A DNA stretch of 29,525 nt. It comes from an uncultured Chloroflexia bacterium. Its GTDB lineage: Bacteria > Chloroflexota > Limnocylindria > Limnocylindrales > CSP1-4. The stretch is taken from the NCBI GenBank assembly GCA_963749705.1, contig CAVVNQ010000009.1, positions 1-29,525 of the forward strand. The letters run 5' to 3'. The position numbers were made by a program, and so were the translations under genes. The notes beneath the pieces are model-generated. The model did not search any database, was not told where the DNA came from, and saw only the letters and a program-made list of their open reading frames with translations. Of the stretch, positions 9,809-18,720 are shown piece by piece (the stretch's first letter is position 1; every line of letters starts with the position of its first letter).

Positions 9809-12158
9809 CGCTGGTCGTCGTCAGGTAGCGGTGGCGCTCGACCAGGTGCACGGTCTGTCCGACAAGCTCGAGCTGTCCGGCCAGCGGCAGGTCGGCCGCC
9901 GAGCTTCCGACCAGGACCTCGATCACCCCCGGCTCGACGACCCGCCGATGGTCGACCCCCACGTAGGCGAGCTGCTCCGCGCTGAGCGTGAACGACACCG
10001 TACGACGCTCCCCGGGCGCCAGCTCCACCCGGCGGAACCCGCGGAGCTCGAGGACCGGGCGGGCAACGGACGCTTCCGTGTCGCGGACGTAGAGCTGGAC
10101 CACCTCGCTGCCGTCCCGTGACCCCGTATTGGTGACATCGGCGGTGACCTCGACCTCGCCGCCATCGGTCGGCACGAGCGCGCGGTCCAGGCGGAGGTTC
10201 GACAGCTCGAACGTCGTGTACGACCGCCCGAACCCGAACGCCCACAGCGGGGACACCGGGCCGTCCACGTAGTCGCCCTTCCACGTCGATCGGCCGCCCG
10301 TCGGGTGGTGACGGTACGAGACCGGGACCTGGCCGACATGACGCGGGATCGAGATCGGCAGCTTGCCGCCGGGGTTGTGGTCGCCGAACAGGGCGCCCGC
10401 GATCGCCTCCGGACCCGCATCACCCGGCACCCACGCGAGCAGGACCGCCGAGCAATGGCTCGCAGCCCACTCGATCGCCAGCGGCCGACCGCTGACCACC
10501 ACCAGCACCACCGGGATCCCGGTCGCCACGACGGCCTCGAGCAGCTCCTGCTGGCGACCCATGAACCCGAGCTCGCGCCGATCCCGGAACTCGCCGGTGG
10601 TGGCGTTGTCCGTCAGGCCCGATCGCTCGCCGAGCACGAGGATCGCGACGTCGGACGATCGCGCCAGCTCGACGGCCTCGGCGATGTCGGCATCGGTCCC
10701 GCTGCGGATCCCGGTTCCCCGGGCGTGGGCGACCTGCGCACCCGGCACCCGGGCGGCGATGGCGTCGAAGATCGTCTGGCGACCGGCCAGCTCGTTGGCC
10801 GGCACGATCTCATCGGTCAGCGGGAAGCCGAACGCATTTCCCTGATCCCGCATCTCCATCAGGGTCTCGATGTGCAGCAGGTGGGCGTAGTCGCCGAGCA
10901 GCTCCCGGGCGCTCGCGGCAATCGGCCCGATCACCGCCACGCGCTGGACGTCCGTGCGCAGGGGCAGCGTCCCGTCGTTCTCCACGAGCACCAGCGAGCG
11001 GCGGGCAAGCTCCCCCGCGACCTTCGCCTCGTCGGCGGCGAGCGCGGCCAGCTGCTCGGCGGACGGCGGGTCCACGAACGGGCGCTCGAACAGTCCGAGC
11101 TCGAACTTCTGGCGCAGGATCCGCTCGACGATCCGGTCGATCCGTGACTCGCTCACCCGTCCGTCGGACAGGGCCTCCATCAGCGGTGGCCCGTACACCA
11201 CGGTCGTCGGCAGCTCGACATCGACACCGGCCGTGATCGCCAGCGCGGCCGTGACGGCAAGGTCGGCGGTCAGCTTGTGCCTGGCCGAGATCATGTGGAC
11301 GCCGGTGTAGTCCGAGACCACGGTCCCGCCGAACCCCCACTCGTCGCGCAGGATCTCGCTCAGCAGCTCGTGCGACGCGTGACACGGCACGCCGTCGAGG
11401 TCGCCGTAGGCGGGCATCACGCTCGCGATCCCCGCGTCCCGCACCGCCGCCTCGAAGGGGAACAGCTGCTCATCGCGCAGCTCGCGCATGCCGATGTGGC
11501 CGGGCGCCTGGTTGAGACCGCCCTCGGCGAGCCCGTGGCCGACCATGTGCTTGCCCGTCGCGACGACACCCTGCGACAGCGAATCGCCCTGGATGCCCCG
11601 GACGTGGGCGCAGCCGAGCTCCGCGGCCAGGTACGGATCCTCGCCGTACGTCTCCTCGATGCGACCCCACCTCGGGTCCCGGGTCACGTCAAGGACCGGC
11701 GCCAGCGACTGGCGGGCACCCGTGGCGAGCATCCGCCGGCGGACCGTCGATGCCATCTCCCGGACCAGGGCCGCGTCCCAGGAGGCCGCCGCGCCGATCG
11801 ATTGCTGGAAGCACGGAGCGTCGCGCGAGACGAGCCCGTGCAGCGATTCCTCGTGCACGATCGCGGGGATCCCGAGCCTCGTCTCCTCGACCAGGAACCG
11901 CTGCACGTCGTTGCCCAGCGCGGCAACCTCGCCTGCGCCGAGATTGGTCGCTCCGGCAATCCGCGTGATCTGGCCGATGCCGTGGCTCACCAGCTCCCTC
12001 GCCCGATCAGGGTTGAGGGTTCCCGTCCCCACGATCTCGAACGACCAGACGGACCTCAGCTGGGCGACCTTCTCCTCGATCGTCATCCGCTCGAGGAGGT
12101 CCCGGATCCGCTCCTCGATCGGGAGCGATGCATCGCGATACCGCTGTTCGACAAGCAT
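9801..12158 (-). CDS. GH3 beta-xylosidase/beta-glucosidase (BxlA-like) with a C-terminal Fn3-like domain
   Basis: RDPRWGRIEETYGEDP, KH motif, nucleophile VVSDY, NPGGKLPISIP and EVVQLYVRD. No signal peptide. Confidence 0.93.
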   Translation of the reverse strand: MLVEQRYRDASLPIEERIRDLLERMTIEEKVAQLRSVWSFEIVGTGTLNPDRARELVSHGIGQITRIAGATNLGAGEVAALGNDVQRFLVEETRLGIPAIVHEESLHGLVSRDAPCFQQSIGAAASWDAALVREMASTVRRRMLATGARQSLAPVLDVTRDPRWGRIEETYGEDPYLAAELGCAHVRGIQGDSLSQGVVATGKHMVGHGLAEGGLNQAPGHIGMRELRDEQLFPFEAAVRDAGIASVMPAYGDLDGVPCHASHELLSEILRDEWGFGGTVVSDYTGVHMISARHKLTADLAVTAALAITAGVDVELPTTVVYGPPLMEALSDGRVSESRIDRIVERILRQKFELGLFERPFVDPPSAEQLAALAADEAKVAGELARRSLVLVENDGTLPLRTDVQRVAVIGPIAASARELLGDYAHLLHIETLMEMRDQGNAFGFPLTDEIVPANELAGRQTIFDAIAARVPGAQVAHARGTGIRSGTDADIAEAVELARSSDVAILVLGERSGLTDNATTGEFRDRRELGFMGRQQELLEAVVATGIPVVLVVVSGRPLAIEWAASHCSAVLLAWVPGDAGPEAIAGALFGDHNPGGKLPISIPRHVGQVPVSYRHHPTGGRSTWKGDYVDGPVSPLWAFGFGRSYTTFELSNLRLDRALVPTDGGEVEVTADVTNTGSRDGSEVVQLYVRDTEASVARPVLELRGFRRVELAPGERRTVSFTLSAEQLAYVGVDHRRVVEPGVIEVLVGSSAADLPLAGQLELVGQTVHLVERHRYLTTTSVA

Positions 12159-12164
12159 CTGCCG

Positions 12165-13070
12165 TCAACCTTTCACGGAGCCGGCCGTCAGGCCGCCGAC
12201 GATCTGCCGTTCAGCGAACGCATAGAAGATGATCGCTGGGAGGATCGCGACGACCGTGAACGCCAGGATCCGGGCCTGGTCCCGGACGAACTCGCCCGAG
12301 AAGTTCATGACGCCCAACGGGAGCGTCCACTGATCTGCCCCGTTGAGCAGGATCAGCGGCAGCAGGAAGGCGTTCCAGGTGCCGACGATCGCGAGCACGC
12401 TGACCGTGGCCAGCGCGGGGCGGGCGAGCGGCAGCAGCACCCGCCAGAAGAACCCGAACGAGCCGCAGCCATCGATCCGGGCCGCGTCCTCCAGCTCCAG
12501 CGGGATGCTCCTGAAGAACGGCCGCAGGATGATGATGGTCAGCGGCAGGGCGAACGCTGCCTGCGGGAGCGCGACGCCGAGGAGATTGCCCTCGAGACCG
12601 AGCTGGCGCAGCAGGATGTACAGCGGCAGGATCGCCACGGCGGACGGGAACAGCAGGCCGAGCGTGAACAGCGTGTAGGCCGCCTCCCGGCCGCGGAAGG
12701 CCATCCGCGCGAACACGAACGCGGCGCAGGACCCGAGGCCGACCGTCGCCACGACGGCCACCACCGCGATGATCAGGCTGTTCGCCAGCTCGCGCCAGAA
12801 CGCGCCCGCGTTCTCGCCGACCAGGACGTCGGTGTAGTTCGACACCACCCACGGGTCGGGGATGATCGACCCGGGATCACCGACCAGCTGGCCGTTCGAC
12901 TTGAAGCCGCCCAGGACCGCATACACGATCGGGGCGAGGATCAGGGCGGCAACCGCCAGCAGGAACACGTAGCGGACGGCGCCCAGCAGGCTCATCCGGG
13001 CGATCCGGACCGCGACCCGCGAACGTGCGCGACGAGCGAGCTGCCCCTGGGTGGGATTGGTGGTCGTCAT
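12165..13070 (-). CDS. Carbohydrate ABC transporter permease (MalG/BxlG-like)
   Basis: EAA loop IPLELEDAARIDGC, six hydrophobic segments and C-terminal GLTAGSVKG. Confidence 0.93.
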   Translation of the reverse strand: MTTTNPTQGQLARRARSRVAVRIARMSLLGAVRYVFLLAVAALILAPIVYAVLGGFKSNGQLVGDPGSIIPDPWVVSNYTDVLVGENAGAFWRELANSLIIAVVAVVATVGLGSCAAFVFARMAFRGREAAYTLFTLGLLFPSAVAILPLYILLRQLGLEGNLLGVALPQAAFALPLTIIILRPFFRSIPLELEDAARIDGCGSFGFFWRVLLPLARPALATVSVLAIVGTWNAFLLPLILLNGADQWTLPLGVMNFSGEFVRDQARILAFTVVAILPAIIFYAFAERQIVGGLTAGSVKG

Positions 13071-13074
13071 GGCC

Positions 13075-14004
13075 CTACCCGTTGTATGCCGTCACCGCGC
13101 CCTCGGTGTCCCGGCGGAGCACCAGGCGCTGATACGCAAGCGCGAGCACCAGGGCCACGAGGAACAGCATCACGGCCAGCGCGCTGCCGTAGCCCATCTG
13201 GCTGCTGACGAAGCCCCCCTTGAACATCGTGATGGCCATCGTGTTCGAGGCGTTGATCGGACCGCCCTTGGTCATGACCCACACCATGTCGAACAGCTGC
13301 AGCGCCCCGATCATCGACAGGAACACGGAGACCCGGAGCGTCGGGCCAAGCAGCGGCAGCGTCACGTGGCGGAAGGCCTGCCAGCGACCGGCACCGTCGA
13401 TGAAGGCCGCCTCCTCGATCTCGCGCGGGATGCCCTGGAGGCCCGCCAGCAGCAGGATCATGTGGAACCCGAAGTACTTCCAGGAGATGATCACGAACAG
13501 GGTGAGCATCACCAGGCTCGTGTCGCCCAGCCAGTCCTGGATGAACGCGCCGAGGCCGACGCCGGTGAGCGCGGAGTCGACGGCCGCGCCGGGCCGGAGC
13601 ATCAGGCTGAACACCACGCCGGCGATCGCCTCCGACAGGACGTAGGGCAGAAAGAAGATCAGCCGCAGGACCGCCCGGCCCGGAAACCTGCGGTTGAGCA
13701 TCGCGGCGAGGGTGAGCGAGAACGGGATCTGGATGACCAGGGACAGGACGATCACGAGCACGTTGTTCGCGACCGCGCCCCTGAAGACGTCGCTGCCGAG
13801 CGCCGTCTCGTAGTTGCCGAGCCCGATGAAGTTCGTGAGCGGCTCGAGCCCGTTCCACTTGTACAGGCTGTAGAGCGCCGCCTGCGCGACCGGCAACAGG
13901 ACCAGCACGACGTACAGGACGAGGGCCGGCACCAGGAACAGGAAGATCGTCACCCACTTGGTCGGGATCCCGCCGACCCGCGGCCGACCCGTCGCTGCAC
14001 TCAT
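13075..14004 (-). CDS. Carbohydrate ABC transporter permease (MalF/BxlF-like)
   Basis: EAA loop IPREIEEAAFIDGA, FIGLGNY and MTKGGP motifs. Confidence 0.93.
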   Translation of the reverse strand: MSAATGRPRVGGIPTKWVTIFLFLVPALVLYVVLVLLPVAQAALYSLYKWNGLEPLTNFIGLGNYETALGSDVFRGAVANNVLVIVLSLVIQIPFSLTLAAMLNRRFPGRAVLRLIFFLPYVLSEAIAGVVFSLMLRPGAAVDSALTGVGLGAFIQDWLGDTSLVMLTLFVIISWKYFGFHMILLLAGLQGIPREIEEAAFIDGAGRWQAFRHVTLPLLGPTLRVSVFLSMIGALQLFDMVWVMTKGGPINASNTMAITMFKGGFVSSQMGYGSALAVMLFLVALVLALAYQRLVLRRDTEGAVTAYNG

Positions 14005-14029
14005 CGCGTCCTCGCCCGGCTACCTGGAA

Positions 14030-14061
14030 TCGCACGGGCCGGCGTGTGCCGGCCCGTGCGA
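14030..14061 (-). promoter_or_regulatory. Intercistronic 14-bp perfect stem-loop downstream of the solute-binding protein gene
   Basis: TCGCACGGGCCGGC-gtgt-GCCGGCCCGTGCGA. The position is typical of mRNA-stabilising or partial-terminator hairpins in sugar ABC operons. Confidence 0.65.
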
Positions 14062-14096
14062 GGTTCGCTCCCGATTGTGATCGCGTCCGCTGCCGG

Positions 14097-15458
14097 CTAC
14101 TGGGCCGCCGCGGCGTCCGTGATCGCCTGGCAGGTCTGCTCCGGGGTGGACGCGCCGAGGAACAGCGCGATGGTCGCGTCGTTGATCGCCGCGCCAAGCG
14201 CCGGAGACGTCGCCTGGTCGAGGTAGAGCTGGATGAAGCTGGCGGCCGAGACGCCCGCCCGGACGGCCTTGAGGTTCGGGTCGGTCACGCTCGACTCGGT
14301 GCCGTTGACCGGCGAGAGCGCGGTCGGCGGGGTCGAGGCGTTGAGCGTGTTCGCATTGTCGACGCTGCTGAAGAACTTGAGGAAGTCGATGGCTTCCGGA
14401 GGCGCGTCCTTGCCGACCGCGATCCCGTTGCCACCACCGACACCGTCGGTGGCCGCACCGGCACCGCCCTCAACGCCCGGGAAGGGGAACCAGCCGAGGT
14501 CGCTGCCGAGGCCTTCCCCGCTGGTGCTGTCGTTCGCCTGGACGCCCGGGGCCCACTGGCCCATGACCTCCATGGCGGACTGCCCATTGCCCACGGAGGC
14601 GGCCTCGTCGTCGTAGGTGGCGCTCTTGTAGCCGGGCTGGTACGGGTCTAGCGCGTTGAGCTTGAGGACCTGCTCACCGGCCGCCTTGCAGGCGTCGGTG
14701 CTCCAGTTGCCCGTCTGGACCATCTGCTGGAGGGCATCGGCCCCGGCCATGCGCAGGATGAGGTACGTCCAGAGGTGCATCGACGGCCACTTGTCCTTGC
14801 CGGCGATGGCAAGCGGGACGATCCCGGCCGCCTTGAGGGTGCTGACATCAGCGAGGAACTCGGTCCAGGTCGCGGGCGGAGCCGCGATGCCGGCCTTGGT
14901 GAACAGCTTCTTGTTGTACCAGACGCCGATCATCCCCTGGTCCCATGGGATGCCGTACTGGACGCCCTTGTAGGAGTAGATGCTCATCGCGCCCGCGTTG
15001 ATCGTGTCCTTCCAGGGCGCAACCGCCGCGGTGATGTCCTGCAGGGCGCCGGCATCGGCCTGGGCGGCCATCGTCCCACCGCCCCACGACTGGAACAGGT
15101 CGGGCGCCTGGCCCGACTGGATCGAGGTCGTCAGCTTGGTCTTGAACGCCTCGTTCTCGAGGACCGTGATGTTGATCGTGACATTCGGATGGGCCGCGGT
15201 GTAGGCGTCCGCGATCCCCTGGAAGATGGTCTTGCCCGGTTCGCCGGTGGTGATGTGCCACCACTCGATCGTGACCGGCTGTGCCGCCTCGGACGGAGCA
15301 GCCGACGACGGCGCGCTCGATGCCGCCGCGCTCGCGGCGGTCGTGGGTGCGGCAGTCGGTGAGCTGCTCGAGCAGGCGCTGACGACCAGCGCGGCGACTG
15401 CGAGCGTGCTTGTCAGCCTGAGACCCCAACCGGTAGTCACTCGCGTACCTCCAGCCAT
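14097..15458 (-). CDS. Extracellular sugar-binding lipoprotein (CUT1 family, BxlE-like)
   Basis: Strong RBS AGGAGGAG before ATG 15458 (an alternative GTG at 15440 has GGAGG). Lipobox VVSAC, S/A/P/T-rich linker, and PDLFQSWGGG motif typical of xylo-oligosaccharide/raffinose-type binding proteins. Confidence 0.92.
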   Translation of the reverse strand: MAGGTRVTTGWGLRLTSTLAVAALVVSACSSSSPTAAPTTAASAAASSAPSSAAPSEAAQPVTIEWWHITTGEPGKTIFQGIADAYTAAHPNVTINITVLENEAFKTKLTTSIQSGQAPDLFQSWGGGTMAAQADAGALQDITAAVAPWKDTINAGAMSIYSYKGVQYGIPWDQGMIGVWYNKKLFTKAGIAAPPATWTEFLADVSTLKAAGIVPLAIAGKDKWPSMHLWTYLILRMAGADALQQMVQTGNWSTDACKAAGEQVLKLNALDPYQPGYKSATYDDEAASVGNGQSAMEVMGQWAPGVQANDSTSGEGLGSDLGWFPFPGVEGGAGAATDGVGGGNGIAVGKDAPPEAIDFLKFFSSVDNANTLNASTPPTALSPVNGTESSVTDPNLKAVRAGVSAASFIQLYLDQATSPALGAAINDATIALFLGASTPEQTCQAITDAAAAQ

Positions 15459-15685
15459 TCGTCGCTCCTCCTCCTGCGGCTCGATCGAGCGGGATCCACG
15501 AGGATCTGCGTTCAGCGGTTCGGGCTGTGGCTGTGGATCCAGGCGACGAGCTCATCCGACCGGGCGGAGGAGCCACCCCAGACGAACGGGCTCGTGCCTG
15601 AACTGTCGAACGCCATGCGCACCGACTCCACATGCCCGGAACACGTTGACCGAGATCCGACGAGGGTCCGGACGACCGCCTCCTT

Positions 15686-15725
15686 GCCTCGAAAGTTTCA
15701 GACTATTACAAATCGCTTTCGAGGC
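15686..15725. promoter_or_regulatory. LacI (BxlR-like) operator region at the start of the transporter transcript
   Basis: Perfect 10-bp inverted repeat GCCTCGAAAG...CTTTCGAGGC with a 20-nt spacer, containing CGAAAGTTTCA (15690-15700). Confidence 0.7.
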
Positions 15726-15730
15726 TGTGG

Positions 15731-15759
15731 ACTCTAGGCATCTGCCACGGTGCCGTCAA
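15731..15759 (-). promoter_or_regulatory. Sigma-70 promoter of the sugar ABC/GH operon
   Basis: Minus strand reads TTGACG-17 nt-TAGAGT. Confidence 0.75.
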
Positions 15760-15833
15760 GGTCTGAACAGAAGATCCGGTCTTTGGGTTCGACGGGCGGC
15801 CCACCAACGACCGACGGCATCGCACTCGACTGC

Positions 15834-15851
15834 CGAAAGTTTCGATAGAAT
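15834..15851 (+). promoter_or_regulatory. Operator CGAAAGTTTCG adjacent to the -10 box TAGAAT of the lacI gene
   Basis: Palindrome at 15834-15844. TAGAAT at 15846-15851 sits 6 nt before ATG 15858, a leaderless geometry. Confidence 0.7.
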
Positions 15852-15857
15852 GCCCGC

Positions 15858-16895
15858 ATGCGTGGTTCCCCTCCAGCCAACGCCCCGCGGCCGGACAAGC
15901 CGATGACCATCGCGCGGATCGCCGCCCTCGCGGGCGTCTCATCGCCGACCGTGTCCAAGGTGATCAACGGCAGGGGCGACGTCTCGCTGCCGACCCGCCA
16001 GCGGGTCGAGGCCACCATCCGGGAGCATGGCTACCAGCGCGCCGCCAGGACCGCCAGATCCTCGCCGCTCCTCGAGGTCATCTTCAACGAGCTGGAGAGC
16101 GATTGGGCCCTCGAGATCATCAAGGGCGTCGAGCAGGTCGCCAGGGAGAACAACCTGGCGGTCGTGCTGTCCGAGATGCAGGGCCGCCGCGCAACCGGAC
16201 GTCGCTGGATCGACGGGGTGCTCGAGCGACGGCCAGTCGGCGTGATCGCGGTCCTGTCGGACCTGAACGATGGGGACCGCGTGCTCCTGCGCTCCCGCAA
16301 GATCCCCCTGGTCGCGATCGATCCCACCGGCGAGCCGCTGCACGACACCCCGTCCATCGGAGCGTCGAACTGGAGCGGTGGGCTCGCGGCGACCCGCCAT
16401 CTGCTCGGGCTGGGGCATCGACGAATCGCGGTGATCGCCGGCCCGGATGCCGTGCTGTGCAGCCGGGCGAGGCTGGATGGCTATCGCGCGGCGATGGACG
16501 AGGCGGGGGTCCCGATCGACCCGGACCTCATCCGCCATGGCAACTTCCACGTTCGCGAGGGAGTGCTGGAAGGGCGATCGCTGCTGAGCCGGCCGGATCC
16601 GCCGACCGCGATCTTCGCGGGCAACGATCTGCAGGCGCTGGGCGTGTACCAGGCTGCGCGGGCCGCCCGACTCCACATCCCGGACGACCTCAGCGTGGTC
16701 GGCTTCGATGACCTGCCGGTCGCGGCCTGGGTCGGTCCGCCGCTGACGACGATCCGCCAGCCGCTGGTCCAGATGGCCGTCGCCGGCGCGCGACTCGCGG
16801 TGCGTCTGGGCCGTGGCGAACGCCCGTCGCAGACGCGCGTGGAGCTGGCCACGGAGCTCGTCGTCCGGGGCAGCACGGCGCGCCCGATTCGATAG
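15858..16895 (+). CDS. LacI-family transcriptional regulator (BxlR-like)
   Basis: HTH TIARIAALAGVSSPTVSKVING, plus HLLGLGHRRIA, IPDDLSVVGFDD and PPLTTIRQP. Divergent from the sugar operon. Start is 15858 or 15903. Confidence 0.93.
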   Translation: MRGSPPANAPRPDKPMTIARIAALAGVSSPTVSKVINGRGDVSLPTRQRVEATIREHGYQRAARTARSSPLLEVIFNELESDWALEIIKGVEQVARENNLAVVLSEMQGRRATGRRWIDGVLERRPVGVIAVLSDLNDGDRVLLRSRKIPLVAIDPTGEPLHDTPSIGASNWSGGLAATRHLLGLGHRRIAVIAGPDAVLCSRARLDGYRAAMDEAGVPIDPDLIRHGNFHVREGVLEGRSLLSRPDPPTAIFAGNDLQALGVYQAARAARLHIPDDLSVVGFDDLPVAAWVGPPLTTIRQPLVQMAVAGARLAVRLGRGERPSQTRVELATELVVRGSTARPIR

Positions 16896-16912
16896 CCGCC
16901 CGGGAGGGCAAC

Positions 16913-17884
16913 ATGCCGACGATCGACCTGCCGCTCGACGAGCTCCGGACCTACGCGGGCAGCAATCCACGACCCGACGACTTCGACGCGTACTGGGACG
17001 ACGCCCTGGCCGAGCTCGCCGCCGTCGACGACCAGGTGGAGCTGGAGCCGGTGACCCACCCCTCCCCGATCGCGGCGTGCTTCGATCTCTGGTTCACGGG
17101 CGTCGGCGGGGCGCGGATCCACGCGAAGCACCTGCGCCCGCGCGTCCAGGCTGACCCCGGCCCCGGGCTGGTGGTGTTCCACGGCTATTCGATGGCAAGC
17201 CCGGACTGGTTCGCGCTCCTCCCGTACGTCGCCCAGGGATACTCGGTCGTCGCGCTCGACTGCCGGGGTCAGGGCGGGATGTCCGAGGATGTCGGCGGAT
17301 CGCCCGGGATGACGCTCTCCGGGCACATCGTCCGCGGCCTCGCGGGATCGCCCAGCGACCTGCTGTACCGAAGCATCTTCCTCGACTGCGTCCAGGCGAC
17401 GAGGATCCTCATGGGCCTGCCCGGCGTCGACGCCACCCGGATCGGCGCAACGGGCGCGTCACAGGGAGGCGGGCTGACGCTCGCATGCGCAGCACTGGAG
17501 CCGCGCGTCCGGGCCGCCGCACCCGTCTACCCGTTCCTGAGCGATTACCGACGGGTCTGGGAGCTGGATCTGGCGGAACGCGCGTACGCGGAGCTTCGCG
17601 ACTATCTCCGCCGGTTCGACCCGACGCACGAGCGGGCCGCAGCCTTCTTCCACACGCTCGGCTACATCGACGTGCAGCACCTGGCACCGCGGATCACGGC
17701 GGACGTGCTGATGGTGACCGGCCTGATGGACGACGTGTGCCCGCCGTCGACGCAGTTCGCCGCCTACAACAAGATCAGCAGTCGCAAGCAGATGGTCCTG
17801 TACCCGGACTTCGGGCACGAGAACCTGCCCGGCAACGACGACCGGATCCTCGCCTTCTTCGCCTCGACGCTCCAGGGCGCCTAG
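16913..17884 (+). CDS. Acetylxylan esterase / cephalosporin-C deacetylase, CE7
   Basis: PDDFDAYW, DCRGQGG, nucleophile GASQGGG, DDVCPPSTQFAAYN and GHE. RBS GGGAGG. Confidence 0.92.
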   Translation: MPTIDLPLDELRTYAGSNPRPDDFDAYWDDALAELAAVDDQVELEPVTHPSPIAACFDLWFTGVGGARIHAKHLRPRVQADPGPGLVVFHGYSMASPDWFALLPYVAQGYSVVALDCRGQGGMSEDVGGSPGMTLSGHIVRGLAGSPSDLLYRSIFLDCVQATRILMGLPGVDATRIGATGASQGGGLTLACAALEPRVRAAAPVYPFLSDYRRVWELDLAERAYAELRDYLRRFDPTHERAAAFFHTLGYIDVQHLAPRITADVLMVTGLMDDVCPPSTQFAAYNKISSRKQMVLYPDFGHENLPGNDDRILAFFASTLQGA

Positions 17885-18675
17885 TCCAGCGCGGCGTGAA
17901 GGTCCGGCGCGTGCCGGCGAAGCCACCGTCGCCAGGTCGCATGGTCGGGCGCGGTCGCGTCCAGCAGCGCGTGGAACCGCGGCCCATGCCCGAACACGCG
18001 CAGGTGGCACAGCTCATGGACCGCGACGGCGTCGAGCGCCTGCGGCGGCGCCAGCACGAGCCGCCAGCTGAACGAGAGCCCGCCCGTCCGCGAGCAGCTT
18101 CCCCATCGGCTCGTCGTGTCCCGGATCGTGATCCTGCCCGGCGTCACGCCCAGGCCCGGCGCGTGGCGCCCGACCGCGAGCTGGAGCGCCGCCCGGGCGC
18201 GGCGCCGGAACCAGGCGTCGAGGATGGCCGCCGTGGGACGCCGGTCACGGCTCGCGCGCTCGACCAGCAGCTCATCCCCGTCGTCGCCGCCGATGCGCGA
18301 AACCCGCGACGCCCGGGCGCCGGGGGGCGCATCGACCACGCGGACGCGGTGCGGCATGCCGAGGTACGGGATGGTCCGGCCGTCGTCGAGCGATGGGCGG
18401 GCGTCGAGTCGCGCCCGGAGCACCAGCTGCCGATCGAGGTGGCGGCGGATCCAGCCTTCGCGCTCCCGCATGAAGGCCTCGACGGTGTCCGCCGGGCGGG
18501 CCCAGCCACGGCGTGAGGCGGGCGGGATCGTGACGACCAGCCCTCGCTCCGGGTGGACGGTGATGCGCAGCCGGCGAGCGAGCGGGGTGCGCCGGAGGGT
18601 GTACTCGATGTCCCCGGCCGGCAGGCGCAGGAGCATCGGGTGCTCGATCAGGTCGGATCCGGGTCCGGAGGGCAT
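17881..18675 (-). CDS. YgjP/DUF45 (M48-like) zinc-dependent hydrolase
   Basis: SRWGSCS and HELCH (HExxH) ... HGPRF motifs. ATG 18675 lies 7 nt after the -10-like TACCAT; ATG 18684 is an alternative. Confidence 0.85.
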   Translation of the reverse strand: MPSGPGSDLIEHPMLLRLPAGDIEYTLRRTPLARRLRITVHPERGLVVTIPPASRRGWARPADTVEAFMREREGWIRRHLDRQLVLRARLDARPSLDDGRTIPYLGMPHRVRVVDAPPGARASRVSRIGGDDGDELLVERASRDRRPTAAILDAWFRRRARAALQLAVGRHAPGLGVTPGRITIRDTTSRWGSCSRTGGLSFSWRLVLAPPQALDAVAVHELCHLRVFGHGPRFHALLDATAPDHATWRRWLRRHAPDLHAALD

Positions 18676-18720
18676 CGCCGGCATGGTATCGGCGGCAGCC
18701 CCGGCGGGCGAGCGTTTCGG

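Noticed and set aside
6831-13208. Long alternative-frame and antisense ORFs (e.g. 6831..8858, 8177..9355, 11277..13208) and similar ones across the window
   Set aside because: Expected in high-GC DNA with few stop codons. They have no recognisable motifs and overlap well-supported genes.
15290-15375. Repeat-like S/A/P/T-rich coding stretch
   Set aside because: Ordinary flexible linker after the lipoprotein cysteine, not a DNA repeat element.
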